DNA of 64,000 nt from Octopus bimaculoides (Eukaryota): NCBI RefSeq assembly GCF_001194135.2, contig NC_069007.1:11987676-12051675 (forward strand). Direction: 5' to 3'. Below, piece by piece: positions 13,593 to 28,170 of this stretch (position 1 is the first letter of the stretch; every line of letters begins with the position of its first letter). The notes beneath the pieces are model-generated. The model saw only the letters and a program-made list of their open reading frames with translations, was not told the origin of the DNA and ran no database searches. The position numbers were made by a program, and so were the translations under genes.

Positions 13593-13638
<46 letters not shown>

Positions 13639-13669
13639 CAGCTGCTATAGGGCCGTCAACTGTCTTCTT

Positions 13670-13714
<45 letters not shown>

Positions 13715-14319
13715 GTGTGTGTGTATATATATATATACACATACATACAAAAATACACACATGCATACACATGTATATAGAACACATGTGCATATGTTTT
13801 TACAAGTGTGTGAATGTATCTGTACACACACACACATTAAGTGAGATCTACTGCAGTTATTAGGATATTATCTGGTTCACATGCACTTAAGAATTTCTCA
13901 AACAAATTGGGATTTTTTTTCTTTTATTTATTTTTTTTTTCTCTCCTCTTTTACACTGAAATATTTTGTTTTGCACATTTTCCTTTCCCATTGGAACAAG
14001 GTTTGAACATGATGATGATGGTAGTGGTGGTGGTGGTGGTCTGTTCTTTCATCATGCCAATCAAATATACTATAAATCATACACAAAAGTGTTACAAAAG
14101 ACCTGTGAGTCTTGCGCGCATGTGTGTGTGTGTTGTAAAGATGAGATTGTTTAAAAAGAAAGGAAGTGGTGGTGGGGGGAGAGGGAAGACATTTTACTAT
14201 ATTCTGAGATGTATTAAAATTCTATTCTTATTTTTTTGTAAATTACGCAAAAAAATTGATATATGTACACACACACACACACATATATTTAAACATATAT
14301 ACATGCATATATCATCATC

Positions 14320-14512
14320 ATCATCATCATCGTTTAACGTCCGCTTTCCATGCTAGCATGGGTTGGACGATTTGACTGAGGACTGGTGAAACCGGATGGC
14401 AACACCAGGCTCCAGTCTGATTTGGCAGAGTTTCTACAGCTGGATGCCCTTCCTAACGCCAACCACTCAGAGAGTGTAGTGGGTGCTTTTACGTGTCACC
14501 CGCACGAAAACG
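14320..14512 (-). mobile_element. Family C tail, young copy
   Basis: By eye there are about 4 differences in ~175 bp from the copy at 21930-22110. The (ATC)n tail is on the left. Confidence 0.92.
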
Positions 14513-14583
14513 GCCATATATATATATATATATATATATATGAATACATATATATAAATACATACATATATATATATATATAC

Positions 14584-14621
<38 letters not shown>

Positions 14622-14744
14622 NNNNNNNNNNNNNNNNNNNNNNNNNNNNNNNNNNNNNNNNNNNNNNNNNNNNNNNNNNNNNNNNNNNNNNNNNNNNNNN
14701 NNNNNNNNNNACACACACACACACACATATATATACCCGATGCC

Positions 14745-14952
14745 AGCTCTTCTGGCCCCTGTGCCCGTGATGAGTAAAAAGAACCCACTACACTCTCGGA
14801 GTGGTTAGCATTAGGAAGGGCATCCAGCTGTAGAAACATTGCCAGATCGGATTGGGGCCTGGTGCAGCCTCCTGGCTTCCCAGACACCAGTCGAACCGTC
14901 CAACCCATGCCAGCATCGAAAACGGTCATTAAATTACACTCATGATGATGAT
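14745..14952 (+). mobile_element. Family C tail
   Basis: CCCACTACACTCTCGGAGTGGTTAGCATTAGGAAGGGCATCCAGCTGTAGAAAC..(GAT)n. Confidence 0.88.
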
Positions 14953-14984
14953 GATCATATATATATACGTATATATATATGTGT

Positions 14985-15275
14985 GAAGGCACATGGCTTA
15001 TTGGTTAAGGTGTTGCACTCACGATTGTGAGATCATGGGTTTGATTCCCAGACCGACCATTGCGTTGTGTTCTTGGGCAAAGCACTTCATATCACGTTGC
15101 TCTGCAATCATTTCGACACCTGACATGTGGCACCCAGTTACACCTGTACAGGTTATGTTGATCTGATGGAGGAAGTGAGCTTATGTGTACACAAACATTT
15201 GATCACTATAAACAAATCATTTGTGTGGTTGTTCGGCAAGAAATTGTCGAACCTTCATACGTCATCTAATGACAG
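14985..15275 (+). mobile_element. tRNA-headed CORE-like SINE
   Basis: Head GGCACATGGCTTATTGGTTAAGG..GGGTTTGATTCCC, then CORE-like GTTGTGTTCTTGGGCAAAGCACTT. Confidence 0.75.
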
Positions 15276-17658
15276 GAGAGTCCATTTTATATATATATAT
15301 ATATATTTTATATATATATATATGTATGTATGTATGTATATGTATATATAAAAAATAGATAGACAGACAGGTAGACATACAGACAGATATATGCCAACAA
15401 TTACAAAAAATACAGAGATATCTTCAATTTTTTTCTTTTAATTTAACAGTTAGTTATACATCATAATTAGTTAGTTAAATTGACCACCATGTGTCTCTGT
15501 TGCACAGTTTATGTGCAATTGCGTGAGCAACCCAGAATATTCTGTTATACACCTTACACTCGGAAGGTTGGGCCTGCAGCCAAACCTTTCACAATGCCCT
15601 TAAAACTGAGGACTTTTCAGTACATGTGTATGCACCCCTTGTATATGCACACGCACACACATGCACATAATTGTATTTGTTTTACACCCTTTTTTTCCCC
15701 CCATGCTACATTGGGTTAGACAGATATATTTTTGAGGCATTGTTTCAAAGTTGGACACCCTTCCTCTCACTAACCTTTCTCTGTTTTACAAACAAGGGAC
15801 CTCTTATCTGACACATCTGCAAAAGCACAAACCCAGTCAACAACGATTGGTTGATAGGAGAATAAACAGGAAAAACAACATCTCTTATTGCAACTTTCAT
15901 CAATTGCAAAGAATAACAAACACACAGCTGCACTCACACACATTCATACGAACATACATGTTTGTATCTGTCTGTGTGTGTATGTGTACCAACTCACTGC
16001 TTACAACTGTAACAACATTAAATTAATATTGCCATCTATGTGTTACGTTAAATGTATATACACTGTTACAAGGTATGGTGCTGTGAAATTGTTTGAAATA
16101 AAAACTTCTCATAGTCTTGTTTTGTAAGAAACACAATAGATATCATCATTGCAGGAACTCACAAGAATGGCAGGAATATTCTGCCTTTTTTTAAAGCTTG
16201 TCGATGCCTTGGGCAGACTTTGAAGAGAGAAGGCATGTCATTAATGAGGTCAGGAATAGCAATGAAATGACTTTAACAAACAAACAACCAACTGATTGTT
16301 TAACTAACGACTTAAACAAATAACTGATTAGTTTATTGGTTGGATATTTAATTGATCAACTAACAATAAAGAAGTGGAATTGAACCAGTGTGTGTTTTTA
16401 TTATTATTGATGTAATGACCTTCCCAAGACACAGCAACATTTGTTTCAACACACCAGATTCACATCAAGAATCTTGCAAGCCAGATATACAAAGTGGAAT
16501 AAAGACAGAAGCTACTAACATAACCAACTTTTTTCATTATTAACAAAATTTAAAAGATTCCAAAATTGTATTGGGAAGTTGTATTAATTTAAACTTGAAA
16601 AGTTTTAATCAGAACCAAGGGTGATCTCAGACATATGATGGCACCGAGTTTTAAATTCTATGTTCTCTTTGTGATTGTTCTGTCAGTTTTATACATCTGT
16701 ACTGGACTCCACCACCAACCAAATCATGAAAATTACCATTTTTGATTTTCAAAAGCAGATGTTTTGTAAAAAGAAAAAAAAGGAAGGAAAATTATTGAAA
16801 AGTGTAAAACTTAAAACTCCTAAAATTATTTTAAATTGAAAGAATAGAAAAAAAAATGTTTCGTCAATTTTTGATGAGTTTTTCTTTCATAGAAAAGAAA
16901 ATGTTTTGGCACAAAAATCATTTTGAATTGAAGGGTTCTTCATAGAAAGAATAGAGTCAATGGCACCGTAGACAATTCAACATTAGCACCTTTTATTTCA
17001 CATCTATTTCAGCCTGTATTATACCATTTAAGGTTTGTGTGACTGGCCGATCATGTTATGCCAATATTTGGCTTCAATACAGCCAGAAAAATAAGTAAGA
17101 AATACAAACAGTGCTATAAATAACATCTTTCTTTGTTGGAGGGAAAAAAAATCTTATGAATTGTTTTTGTTAAATTTCAAGTCTGAGAAACTTTTAAATT
17201 TTTGGCACCTTAAACTTTCATTTCGTATTCTTCTTTCAGGAATTTTGTCTCCAATTCCATCAAATCTAGAGCTGTTGTCTCACTTTGCTCCGTTAATATT
17301 GATAGCAAACTGACCAATCTTTTTGTGATCTTATTCACCCAATGTAAATATAGTTATGAGCTTTAGGGAATAATATTGACCATTATTAGGGATGTTGGAA
17401 GTGAGAAATTATCCTTAGAGAAATCAAGCATTTGGCACGTTCTTCAAGAGTTTGTTGTAGTATGAAGAGAAATACTCCTTGTGGTACCATAGCCTTCAGA
17501 AGTCTTGGAGCTATTGGGGTTAGTATGTATAATATGGATCTTTAATATCAATATCTTTATTGGATTTAGACATTTATGAATTTTAGAAATTTTTGCCAAC
17601 TTATGTACATTTCTAGTCACACTTTTCTTTACACTATATATATATATATATATATATA

Positions 17659-17700
17659 TACAGTGGAGGGAAACAAATATTCATACATGTCAAAATTCCA
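17659..17700. mobile_element. Tc1-like TIR remnant
   Basis: TA-CAGTGGAGGGAAACAAATATTCATACA following (TA)n. No partner end was found. Confidence 0.35.
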
Positions 17701-18859
17701 GCCCACAAAAACGGCTTAAGAGGAAATATTTTTGCTGGGAAACAAGAGAACGTTGGTAATGGGAATGGCACCTGGCCAAAAAAAATGTGCTTCAATGAAT
17801 TTTGACTGACCCATGCAAGCATGGGAAAATAGGTGTTACAATGACGGTGTTTTATCTGTCTATCTATCTATCTATCTATTTATCTATCTGTCTGTCTGTC
17901 TGCCTATGCACCAATCCGTCTGTCTATATCTATCTATTTGCCTGTCTCGCTATCTTTTTGTATATCTCTCTATCTCTACTTATTTATTTATCTATCGATT
18001 TATCTGTCTGTCTGTCTATCAATCTATCCATCTGCCTGTCTGTCTGTATCTATCTATCTGTGTGTCTATTTTTCTATCTATTTATCTGTCTATGCCCCAA
18101 TCTGTCTGTCTCTGTCCATCCATCCATCCATCCTGCCTGCAGCCATATCATTGAGAAGCAAGCTTATATCTGAACCTATAATTTCAGTAATTAAGGAACA
18201 GTATTTTTGGTTGGGTTTGCATGGGTTAAAATTTACTGCCTTTCAGCACCAGCTAGTTGTATAAATTAAATTTGGATATTTTCCTTGGATTTCAGCCATT
18301 CTTTTCCCTGGTCTTCATCTTTTAACCCAGTGAAAATACTCAGGAATACTCAGACATAAAATGCTTTTCTATTTTATGAGCTGCAAAACAATTTCTGTTA
18401 CTATGGCTGTTTTCATTTGCTAATAAGATTTCCCTGCCAAGAATTCTGACTGAAGCCATCAAGCATTTCAAGATTTGTTGCCAATGTTGTTGTTCTTGCA
18501 TAATTTTCTGCTAATTAATAGCCTTCTTGTTTTATCAGTCGTAGCTCATTAGAAAATTGAAATAAAGAGATCTAATGTTGCTGTGTTCTAAATTTAATTA
18601 AGTGTTATTAGTGTTGAAGACAATAAATTGGTCAGGGTCTAATATTAAGCTGTGAACAATAGGCACAGCTGTGTGGCTTGGAAGTTCATCTGGCAACCCC
18701 ATAGCCTGGGGGTCCAGTCCCAAGGCTTGGCATCTTGGACAAACGTCTTCTACTCTAGCAATGGGCCTACTGGGTCTTGTAAATAAATTTGATAGATGGA
18801 AATTGAGAACAAGCTTGTTGTGTGTGTGTATGTATATTTATGTCTGTATGTAGGCATCA

Positions 18860-19288
18860 TTATCATCATCATCATCATCATCATTTAACGTCCGTTTTCC
18901 ATGCTGGCATGGGTCAGACGGTGTAACTGAAAACTGGTAAGCAGGAGAGCTGCACCAGGTTCCAATCTGATTTAGCTTGGTTCCTACAGCTGGATGCCCT
19001 TCCTAATGCCAACCACTCCAAGAGTGTAGTGGGTGTTCTTTATGTGCCACCGGCATGGGTGCCATTTACAAAACACCACCATTGGCTACAACTACAATCT
19101 CACTTGACTCGACAGGTCTTCTCAAGCACAGTATATTGCTTAAGGTCTCAGTCACTTGTCACCACCTCCACGAGGCCCAAATTTCAAAGGGTGCTTTTCA
19201 CGTGTCACCTGCATGGGTGCCAGGTACACAATACTGACATCGGCCATGACTACAATTTCACTTGGCTTGACGGATCTTCTCAAGAACA

Positions 19289-19290
<2 letters not shown>
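18860..19290 (-). mobile_element. RTE 3' UTR/tail (family C)
   Basis: Reverse family C tail plus GTCTTCTCAAGCACAG and CACCTCCACGAGGCCCAA modules. Confidence 0.85.
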
Positions 19291-19319
<29 letters not shown>

Positions 19320-19797
19320 GCATCCTTCAAAGAAAAATATTAACCTTAGTTCTATAAACTCATAAAAACCNNNNNNNNNNTTAACCTTAGTTCTATAAAC
19401 TCATAAAAACCCTGAAGAAGCTCTGCCCCATATAGTTAAAAATGATACCTTTCTTAGCATATAACCAAATGCTTAGAATTACATATCAACTAGAGGCTAG
19501 AACTGAAGCATATATGTAGGGTATTTTTTCACATCTCCCATTTTCTTTTTCAGCTTTACAGCTTATAATATATTTGTATTGTTATGTGTTTAAAAAATTT
19601 CAACATCTTTATATCATACAAAGAAATTATTCATACATCCATCTTTCACCATTTTCTTTCTTTCAATTTTAATAATATGTATTACTATAATAATCCCTAA
19701 CATATCGCAGAGACTTTCTCATTATGTGATAGTGATTAACCAGTGGAATCTTTTTTGGATTATATAATTCATAATGTGGATCTAACTTTCTCGAATT

Positions 19798-19835
<38 letters not shown>

Positions 19836-20424
19836 CAATATGAACTAGAAGCAGCTCAGGGTATATAAAAGAAATCAAACACACATACCCAAGGTATGTG
19901 TTGTTAGTTTATGGGTCGGCTGCATTTTAGGCATAAGTAAATGTATTCTCAATGCACCTTGTGTGTGTGTGTGTATCTTTGTGCCTGCGTTGTTCCCCAC
20001 CCTGCTTGACAACTGGTGTTGGTGTGTTTACATCCCCATAACTTAGTTTTTCAGCAATAGATACGACAGAATAAGTACCAAGCTTTAAAAAGGTTTCTTC
20101 ATGATGCCCCAGCATGGTCACAGTCTAATGTCTGAAACAAGTAAAAGACAAAAGATATCACACTATCGTATTTTCCATTCATTATGTTTTTATACAAATT
20201 GTTTTTGGAAACAATTTATGCAAAATTGTGGCCCTCAAACTCTGTACTGTGCCTCACCCAGAAAGCTGCCCCCAAAGAGACTCCCTTATTGCGCTAATGG
20301 ATGCAGCAACCTTGGGTTCTATGCAAGAGTTTGCAGGGTTAGTTCTATAGAAATGCCCTGTTCTGTGTTCTTATTCCTTGTGTTTTGATGCTTGTTTTCT
20401 GCAAAAAGACAGGAAACAACTGGA

Positions 20425-20815
20425 AGATGCACAACCACCATAACTACAATACCCACCACCACCACCACAACCACAACCATCAGCAGAACCACTACCACAA
20501 CCACTACCACAACCACCACTACTACAATCACCATTACTTCCTCAACAACCACCAACACTACCACCACCACATCATCACAACCACTACTACTACAACCACC
20601 ACCACATCACCACAACCACAACCACCATCAGCACAATCACCACTACTACAACTACTACCATCACCACAACTACCACCACAACCCCACTACTATCAATGCA
20701 ATCACAGCCACCACCATAGCCATCAGCACAACAACAACTACCAACATCACAACTACAACCACTACCACCACAACCACCACCACCACAACCACCACCACCA
20801 CAACCACCACCACAC
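20425..20815. repeat. (ACC/ACA/ACT)n low-complexity tract
   Basis: Direct reading. Similar tracts lie at 4355-4510, 9350-9720, 24250-24485 and 58480-58830. Confidence 0.92.
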
Positions 20816-21546
20816 CTCTATACACACAATAACACTCTGCAAACCAAAGTGCAAAACAAACAAACAAACAAAAAAAAGAAACACACTAACCAATTCCACA
20901 GAGACAACCCCAAAATCTTCAAATCATGGCCCAAAGGCAAAGACAGGGAGGAAGCACTTTAACCATTCAAAAGTAACGACTCCACACTGTCCAAATTAAA
21001 TAGATAATTTAATAGGTTCACATACCTAACTCCACCCCCACCTGTTCCCACCCACCTCCCTCTTGCAGAAATCACGTCTTAGATTTGGTCCACCAAGTAG
21101 TGTTGTAGTAGCTGTTGTTGTTGGTGTTGCTGCTGCTGTATGAAACAAACAGTAAACAACGCAGCGCAGCAGAAATATGTCCCTAAGTTAAAACCGGACA
21201 ATAGTTCTTTTGCTCAATTTACCAATCTTCGTTTGTTGGTTTGTTTATTTTTGGTTGTTGCTGTTGTTTTTTTCTTTATATATTTTTCCTTGTTCGTCCT
21301 TCCACACATTCAGTTCTCAAGTATTTTGGAGACATTTTATTTGCTTTACATCTATCTTTCATCATCTTACTTGTTTCATTCATTAGACTACGCCCATGCT
21401 GGGGCAGCACCTTGAACAATTTTGAGTCAAAAGCCTGGTATTTATTCTATTGATTTCTTTTGACAAACTGCTAAGTTACAGGAACATAAACACACCACAA
21501 TCAGTGGTCAAGCAGTGATGGAAGACAAACAAAACACAAAAACACG

Positions 21547-21578
<32 letters not shown>

Positions 21579-21784
21579 TACATGCACATGTATATGATGG
21601 GCTTCTTTCAGTTTCCATCTACCAAATCCAAGTCCATTCACAAGGCTTTAGTGATCCCAGGGTCATAGAAGACACTTACCCAAAGTACCATGCAGTGGGA
21701 CTGAATCCGGAACCATATGTATGTGCCTCTGTGTGTCTTTGTGCCTGTGTTTGGCCCCCACCACTGCTTGACAAATAGTGTTTA

Positions 21785-22110
21785 CTGCCAGTGTCGCCTG
21801 ACTGGCCTTCGTAGGGTTTTCGAACGAGATCGTTGCCAGTGCCCTTGGACTGGCTTTTGTGCGGGTGGCACATGGGGGACACCATTTTGAGCATGGCCAT
21901 TGCCAGTACCGCCTGGCTGGCCTTCGTGCGGGTGACACGTAAAAGCACCCACTACACTTTCTGAGTGGTTGGCGTTAGGAAGGGCATCCAGCTGTAGAAA
22001 CTCTGCCAAATTAGATTGGAGCCTGGTGTTGCCATCCGGTTTCACCAGTCCTCAGTCAAATCGTCCAACCCATGCTAGCATGGAAAGCGGACGTTAAACA
22101 ATGATGATGA
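21785..22110 (+). mobile_element. RTE 3' UTR/tail (family C), young
   Basis: Three TGCCAGT..GACTGGC modules, then the tail and (GAT)n. Confidence 0.9.
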
Positions 22111-22225
22111 TTCCTGTAACTTAGTAGTTTGGCAAAAAGTAAATGATAGAATAAGTACTGGGGTTGATTTCTTTGATTAAAATTTCAGAGTGGTGCCCCA
22201 GTATGGCCGTAGTTAAATGACTGCA

Positions 22226-22865
22226 AGCTAGAAGTAGTATATAGCTTCTGTTATCTAGGTGACCAAGTGTAGCTGTGAGAGTAAGATCAGGCTGGGCAAA
22301 GTTCAGAGAGCTCCTACTCCTGCTGGCAACAAAGGGCTTCTCTCTCAGAGTGAAAGGCAGATTGTTTGATGCTTGTGTGCAAACAGCTATGCTACATGAC
22401 AGTGAGACAGACCTTTAGAGATGTGCTGTGCTTGAGAGGACCCATCAAGCCTAGTACACCCATGCTGGTGGCACGTGAAGAACATCTTTTGAATGTTGGG
22501 CCTCATAGAGGCAAAGTGCCTGAGTTCCTTTCAAGCATTGGGGCTCATGGAGGCAAAGTGGCTGAGTTCCTTGCAAATGTTGGGCCTCACAGAGGCAATG
22601 ACCAAGACCTCTGGCATCATGTCGTGCTTGAGAAGAAGACCCATCAAGCTAAACAAAACCACAGTCATTGCAGATACTGGTGTCATGCAAATGGCATGTA
22701 AAAGCACGCATTACACTCTCAGAGTGGTTGGCATTAGGAAGGGCATACAACCATAGAAACCATGCCAAATCAGACTGAAATTTGGTGCAGCCCTCTAGCG
22801 TGCCAACCCTGGTCAAGCTGTCCAACCCAGGCCACCATGGACAGCGAATGTTAAATGATGATGAT
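22226..22865 (+). mobile_element. Internally deleted RTE LINE 3' fragment
   Basis: VAVRVRSGWAKFRELLLLLATKGFSLRVKGRLFDACVQTAMLHDSET is joined directly to the DLWRYAVLE-equivalent segment, then the 3' UTR and tail. Confidence 0.88.
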
Positions 22866-23497
22866 ATATGTATAACCATGCATGAAAACATACATACATG
22901 CACACAGCTACTAGAATCATGCGTCCTTGCATATGTACAGGACTATGCACCCATTCCTCCACATACACTCCTGTATATAGTTTTACACAAACACATAAAT
23001 AGATATGTTAAACAGACACACACACATATGCCTATATATATACGCACATATATGGATACAGACTCTTAACGCATATGCACACACACACACATGCATACAC
23101 ACGCACACACACAAGCACCTAACATCAACAAACCAAAGAAATTACCAAAGTGTCTCTCTTAAATATATTCACCTGAAGGGAAATGTAAAAACACATCTAT
23201 ATACACTCACTTGCAAACATATATACATATATATAGATATACATACATTTCAGTTTTGCGTGCATAAATGTACACGCATATATTCTGGTATTTATGTAAG
23301 TGTGTATATATCTATATCCTTGCTGTCACTCTCTCCCTCTCTCTACATACATATGTATAGATATATATATGTGGGTGTGTGTATGTCTGTATGTATGTAT
23401 GTATGTATGCATGTATGTATATAAATATATGCACACACAGTGGTGTGCATATATTAACATGAAATAAGACTCTCAATCAAATGCATACATACATACA

Positions 23498-23531
<34 letters not shown>

Positions 23532-23940
23532 GACAGATAGAGAGAGAGGGAGGGAGAGTTGTGTTGAANNNNNNNNNNNNNNNNNNNNNNNNNNNNNNNN
23601 NNNNNNNNNNNNNNNNNNNNNNNNNNNNNNNNNNNNNNNNNNNNNNNNNNNNNNNNNNNNNNNNNNNNNNNNNNNNNNNNNTTAATGGTCCTTTTAGCAA
23701 ACATGAAATTCAACCCTCAATCAACTATATATATGTGTGTGTGTGTACGTATATAGATATAAATACATATATAGACATAGATAGATAGATAGATAGATAG
23801 ATAGACACATACATACATAAAAGACAGACAGACAAATAGATAGATAGATAGATAGTGATATATATATCACCCACTGTTATATTTCCATGTCTCTCTCTCT
23901 CTGTCTCTCTCTCTCTGTCTCTCTCTCTCTTTCTCTCCCA

Positions 23941-23988
<48 letters not shown>

Positions 23989-24629
23989 CTATATATATAG
24001 ACAGATAGATAGATATGTATAGTAATATTGTACATTAAGAGTTCTACTCTACATTAACGAGGTGACCAGAACACACACCCCTCCCCCCACCAGAGACTCA
24101 TTCACACATATAAGCATGCAACACACACTCTATACAACATAATTCACCCATATTCTTGTCTCGGATTAGATTTGCATTCATTGCAGAGAGAGGAGAGAGA
24201 GAGAGGTCTCCATTCACCTCCACCACCACCATTACACCTCTCTATACTTCAATAGATAAATGGTGGTGGTGGTGTATGATGAAGAGGAGGGGCAACTGAA
24301 GAATGCAATGGTGGTGGTGGTGGTTGTGATCATGATGATGGTAGTTGCAACATTGATAGTAATAGTATTGATGGTGGTGGTCACCATGGTAGTGATGGTG
24401 GTTGGGGGGGGGTAGTGGTGGTGGTGACAATTGTACAATTTGTGGTGATGATGGTGATGACAATCATGGCAGTGATGGTGGTGAGGAGGGGAGCAGTCGG
24501 TCCCAAGGAAATTCCTTGTAACCCCAGAACTGTTGGATCGGTGTCCCCTTAACAAAGTTTGTGACCTGAACCTCTGTGTCGAAGTATGTTCCCTCTAAAG
24601 TTGTGAGAATTGATGAAGCTAATATTGGT

Positions 24630-25035
24630 TTTGAATTCAGGCACAAGGCCAGCCATGTTGGGGGAGGGGCTAAGTTGATTGTGTTGACCCCCAGTGTCCA
24701 ACTGGTATTTATTTTATCAACTCTGAAAGGATGAAAGGAAGAGTCAACCTCGGTGGAATTTGAACCCAGAACATAAAGACAGATGAAATGCCACCAGACA
24801 TTTTACCTGGCACACTAACAACTCTACAAATCACTGCCTTTGATGATGCCCATATTGGTTTCAAATTTTAGCACAATGCCAGCAACTTTAGGGAAGGGGT
24901 AAGTTGATTATATTGACCCCAGTGCTCAACTGGTACTTATTTTATCAGCTCTGAAAGGATGAAAGGAAAAGTCAACATCGGTGGAATTTGATCTCAGAAT
25001 GTAAGGACAGACAAGATGCTGCTAAGCATTTTGCT
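24630..25035 (-). mobile_element. Two tandem family A SINE copies
   Basis: GGCACAAGGCCAG..AAAGGATGAAAGG..GGAATTTGAAC occurs twice. Confidence 0.82.
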
Positions 25036-25269
25036 TTGGAGATGCTAATATCGACAGAAAGCGTATCTTCTCTCAGACTCCTGGTCATCACTTTATCTCA
25101 TGTTGTGTTTCAAAATTATGTTCTTAAAATCTAAAGCATAGCCCAGCCATGGGGTAAATATCTTATTTTGAGACAAGTGAAGGTTGCTGACAAGAAGGAC
25201 ATCCAGACACAGAAACATCCACTTTAATGAATTCCATCTGATCCATGCCAGCATGGCAAAGCAGATTTT

Positions 25270-25665
25270 AAAATGTTTACTTGAGAAGACCCATGAATCC
25301 AAAGTAAAATCATTATCATGGTCAATGCCAGTGTCACATAACTGGAACCCATGTTGAGTCTCACAGAGGCAATGACAAGTGACCAAGACCTTTCGTGATA
25401 TGCCATGCTTGAGAAGACTATAAAACCAAGTGAAATCATAGTGATGACCGATACCAGTGTCACATCACTGGAACCCATGCCGGTGGCACATAAAAAGCAC
25501 CCATTTATTGCACTCTTGGAGTGGTTGGCATAAGGAAGGGCATCCAGCCATAGAAACCATGCCAAATCAGACTGGAACCCGACGTAGCCCAACAGCTTAC
25601 AAGTTTCGTTCAAACCGTCTAACCCATGCCAGCATGGAAAGTAGACACTAAATGATGATGTTGAC
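25270..25665 (+). mobile_element. RTE 3' UTR/tail
   Basis: CTTGAGAAGAC and CTCACAGAGGCAATGACAAGTGACC modules, then the family C tail. Confidence 0.85.
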
Positions 25666-26773
25666 AATCGTGACGACAATGGCAATGATGAATTCGATAT
25701 ATGGATGTCAGCTGACCAATAGATGTAAAAGTTGCATTAAAAATTAATGGAAAAAGGACCATTTAGAGTAAACATCATTGGAATCTAATTGGCTACCTTG
25801 ATTTGAAAGTTCCTCCATTTGTAAACCCTTATGGTTGCTGTATACATGGGTGCATTACTAAATATCTTGAGGGGTTATCGTAAAAGGCTGGCATTTGTCA
25901 TGAAAATGAAATACAAAATTTCACAAAAATTATTGGTTCTGGTTTAGGTAAAAGGCCAGTAATTTTAAGAGAAGAGGGGGTCAGCCAATACCATTGACCC
26001 AATCATATGGCTGCTACTTTGTTTTTATGACTTCAAAAGGATTAAAGGCAAAGTTGACCTCAGCAGGATTTGAACTCAAAAGCTAAAGAGCCAGAAAAAA
26101 AAATTGCTTTCAAAGCACTTTTACAATTTCTCTGAAAATTCTGTTGCCAGTTAAAAATTGTAAAAATTCAGTTTGTAACAGTGAGAACTATGGAATCCTT
26201 TGTTAAAAACCAGCATGGTATCTCTTTGCTATTGTTCTTGTACAAATTCCAACAATGGCATTCTGTTTTGGTGTAAGAAAGCGTTTTTCTTTATCACAAG
26301 AATTACAAGAATTAAAACAGAATTAGATGCAAGCATATTGTGTTCATGCACCCACACAAACACACACATACATATGCATGCATGCATGCGTAGGTGTGTG
26401 TGTGTGTGTATATATACACACGTACATATTGTATGTCTACTGTATACATTGTCATACACATACAGTATACATACATAAATACGTTGTATACATATACACA
26501 TAACATATATACATGTGTATATATAATTAAATACACCAAACTAAAAAAAATATATATAAAAGCTGTTTTATATGCAATTAATCTATTGAGGCGTAGGAGT
26601 AATTGATTTGCATATTTTAACATTTGCATATACTTGGAGTTGTTGAATAATACAGCATTCTTTGAAAATTCTAAATGTATGTATACAGAAATATATATAT
26701 ATATATACTACTACCACTACTACAAATGTGAGTATAAAGACATATACACATACATATATAGTATATATGAATA

Positions 26774-26853
<80 letters not shown>

Positions 26854-27174
26854 TACACATAAATATATATATATATATATATGTATATGTGTATAAATAT
26901 ACATGTATACATATATATGTGTGTGTGTATATATATATATATATAGATAGATGTATATATTTACATACATACACAAATACACAGGCGTGTGTGTGTACTT
27001 GATTCCCTTGGTTCTCTATATATAAGTAAATGTAAACAATGAATTTCTTAACAATACACAACATTAAAAATATATTTGCATGAATATTTATAGTAGTTAC
27101 CATGTGTGTTTGCATACACACACTGCACCTAACACATGCTCACATACATGCATATCCACACACACATACACATA

Positions 27175-27218
<44 letters not shown>

Positions 27219-27739
27219 GCTACTTATTAAGAAATTCATTGCTGATATATACTTATAAATACAGTGAGAAGTATAGCATAATATATGTATATATACCAAA
27301 GGAAGCACATGAATGTGAGACAAGGTGGACAAATATAGTACTCGAATACTGAAGGTAGAGTTATATGCTTTATTAATATTAATATGCTTTAATATGTATA
27401 TGTATGTACGTATGTATGTACGTAACATTATCATCAGCATTTAATGCCTGCTTTCCAAGCTGGCATTCATAATATATATAATATTCATTATACTTCACAC
27501 TCACTCACACACACCTATATACTGATAATGACAGAATTTCCCTCTGCTTCTCAATTTATCTATAAGTATATATAAGCAGTGAACAGCCATGTAAAGCCCT
27601 GCTCAGAGGGAAAGCTTAAGTAGACAGCCAGCTATTGATGTAATAAGCCTATTTATCCACTCTACCCAACATATTGAGTTCTACACCAGATGAGGTTTGA
27701 ACTTTATGAAATATTTTAATATGTTTTGCATCTTCTAAG

Positions 27740-28170
27740 GCAGGAAGCTGGCAGAATTGTTAGCATGCCAAGCGAAATGCTTAGCAGTATTTTGTCTGTC
27801 TTTACGGTCTGAGTTCAAATTCCGTCAAGGTTGACTTTTCCTTTCATCCTTTCAGGGTCGATAAATTAAGTACCAGTTGCATACTGGGGTCAATCTAATT
27901 GACTGGCCATCTCCCCAAAAATTTCGGGCCTTGTGCCTAGAGTAGAAAAGAATAGAATGTGGCGAGCTGGTAGAAATGTTAGCCCAACAGGCAAAATGCT
28001 TAGTGGTATTTCATGTCTTTACGTTCTGAGTTCAAATTCCACCGAGGTCGACTTTGTCTTTCATCCTTTCAAGGTCAATAAATTAAGCTCTATTTGTGTA
28101 GTGGGGTCGATCTAATCAACTGGTCCCCTACCCCAAAATTTCAGGCCTTGTGCCCAGAGCAAAAAAGAAT
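27740..28170 (+). mobile_element. Two tandem family A SINE copies
   Basis: Both copies show a head, B-box and GGCCTTGTGCC..AGA..AAAAGAAT end. Confidence 0.9.

Noticed and set aside
16155-16270. Possible exon (ttgcag|GAACTCAC...) with frame THKNGRNILPFFKACRCLGQTLKREGMSLMRSGIAMK*
   Set aside because: Weak polypyrimidine tract, no recognisable domain and no partner exons. RNA-seq would be needed.
19341-19410. 30-bp exact direct repeat
   Set aside because: It flanks a 10-N gap, so it is most likely a contig-overlap artefact.
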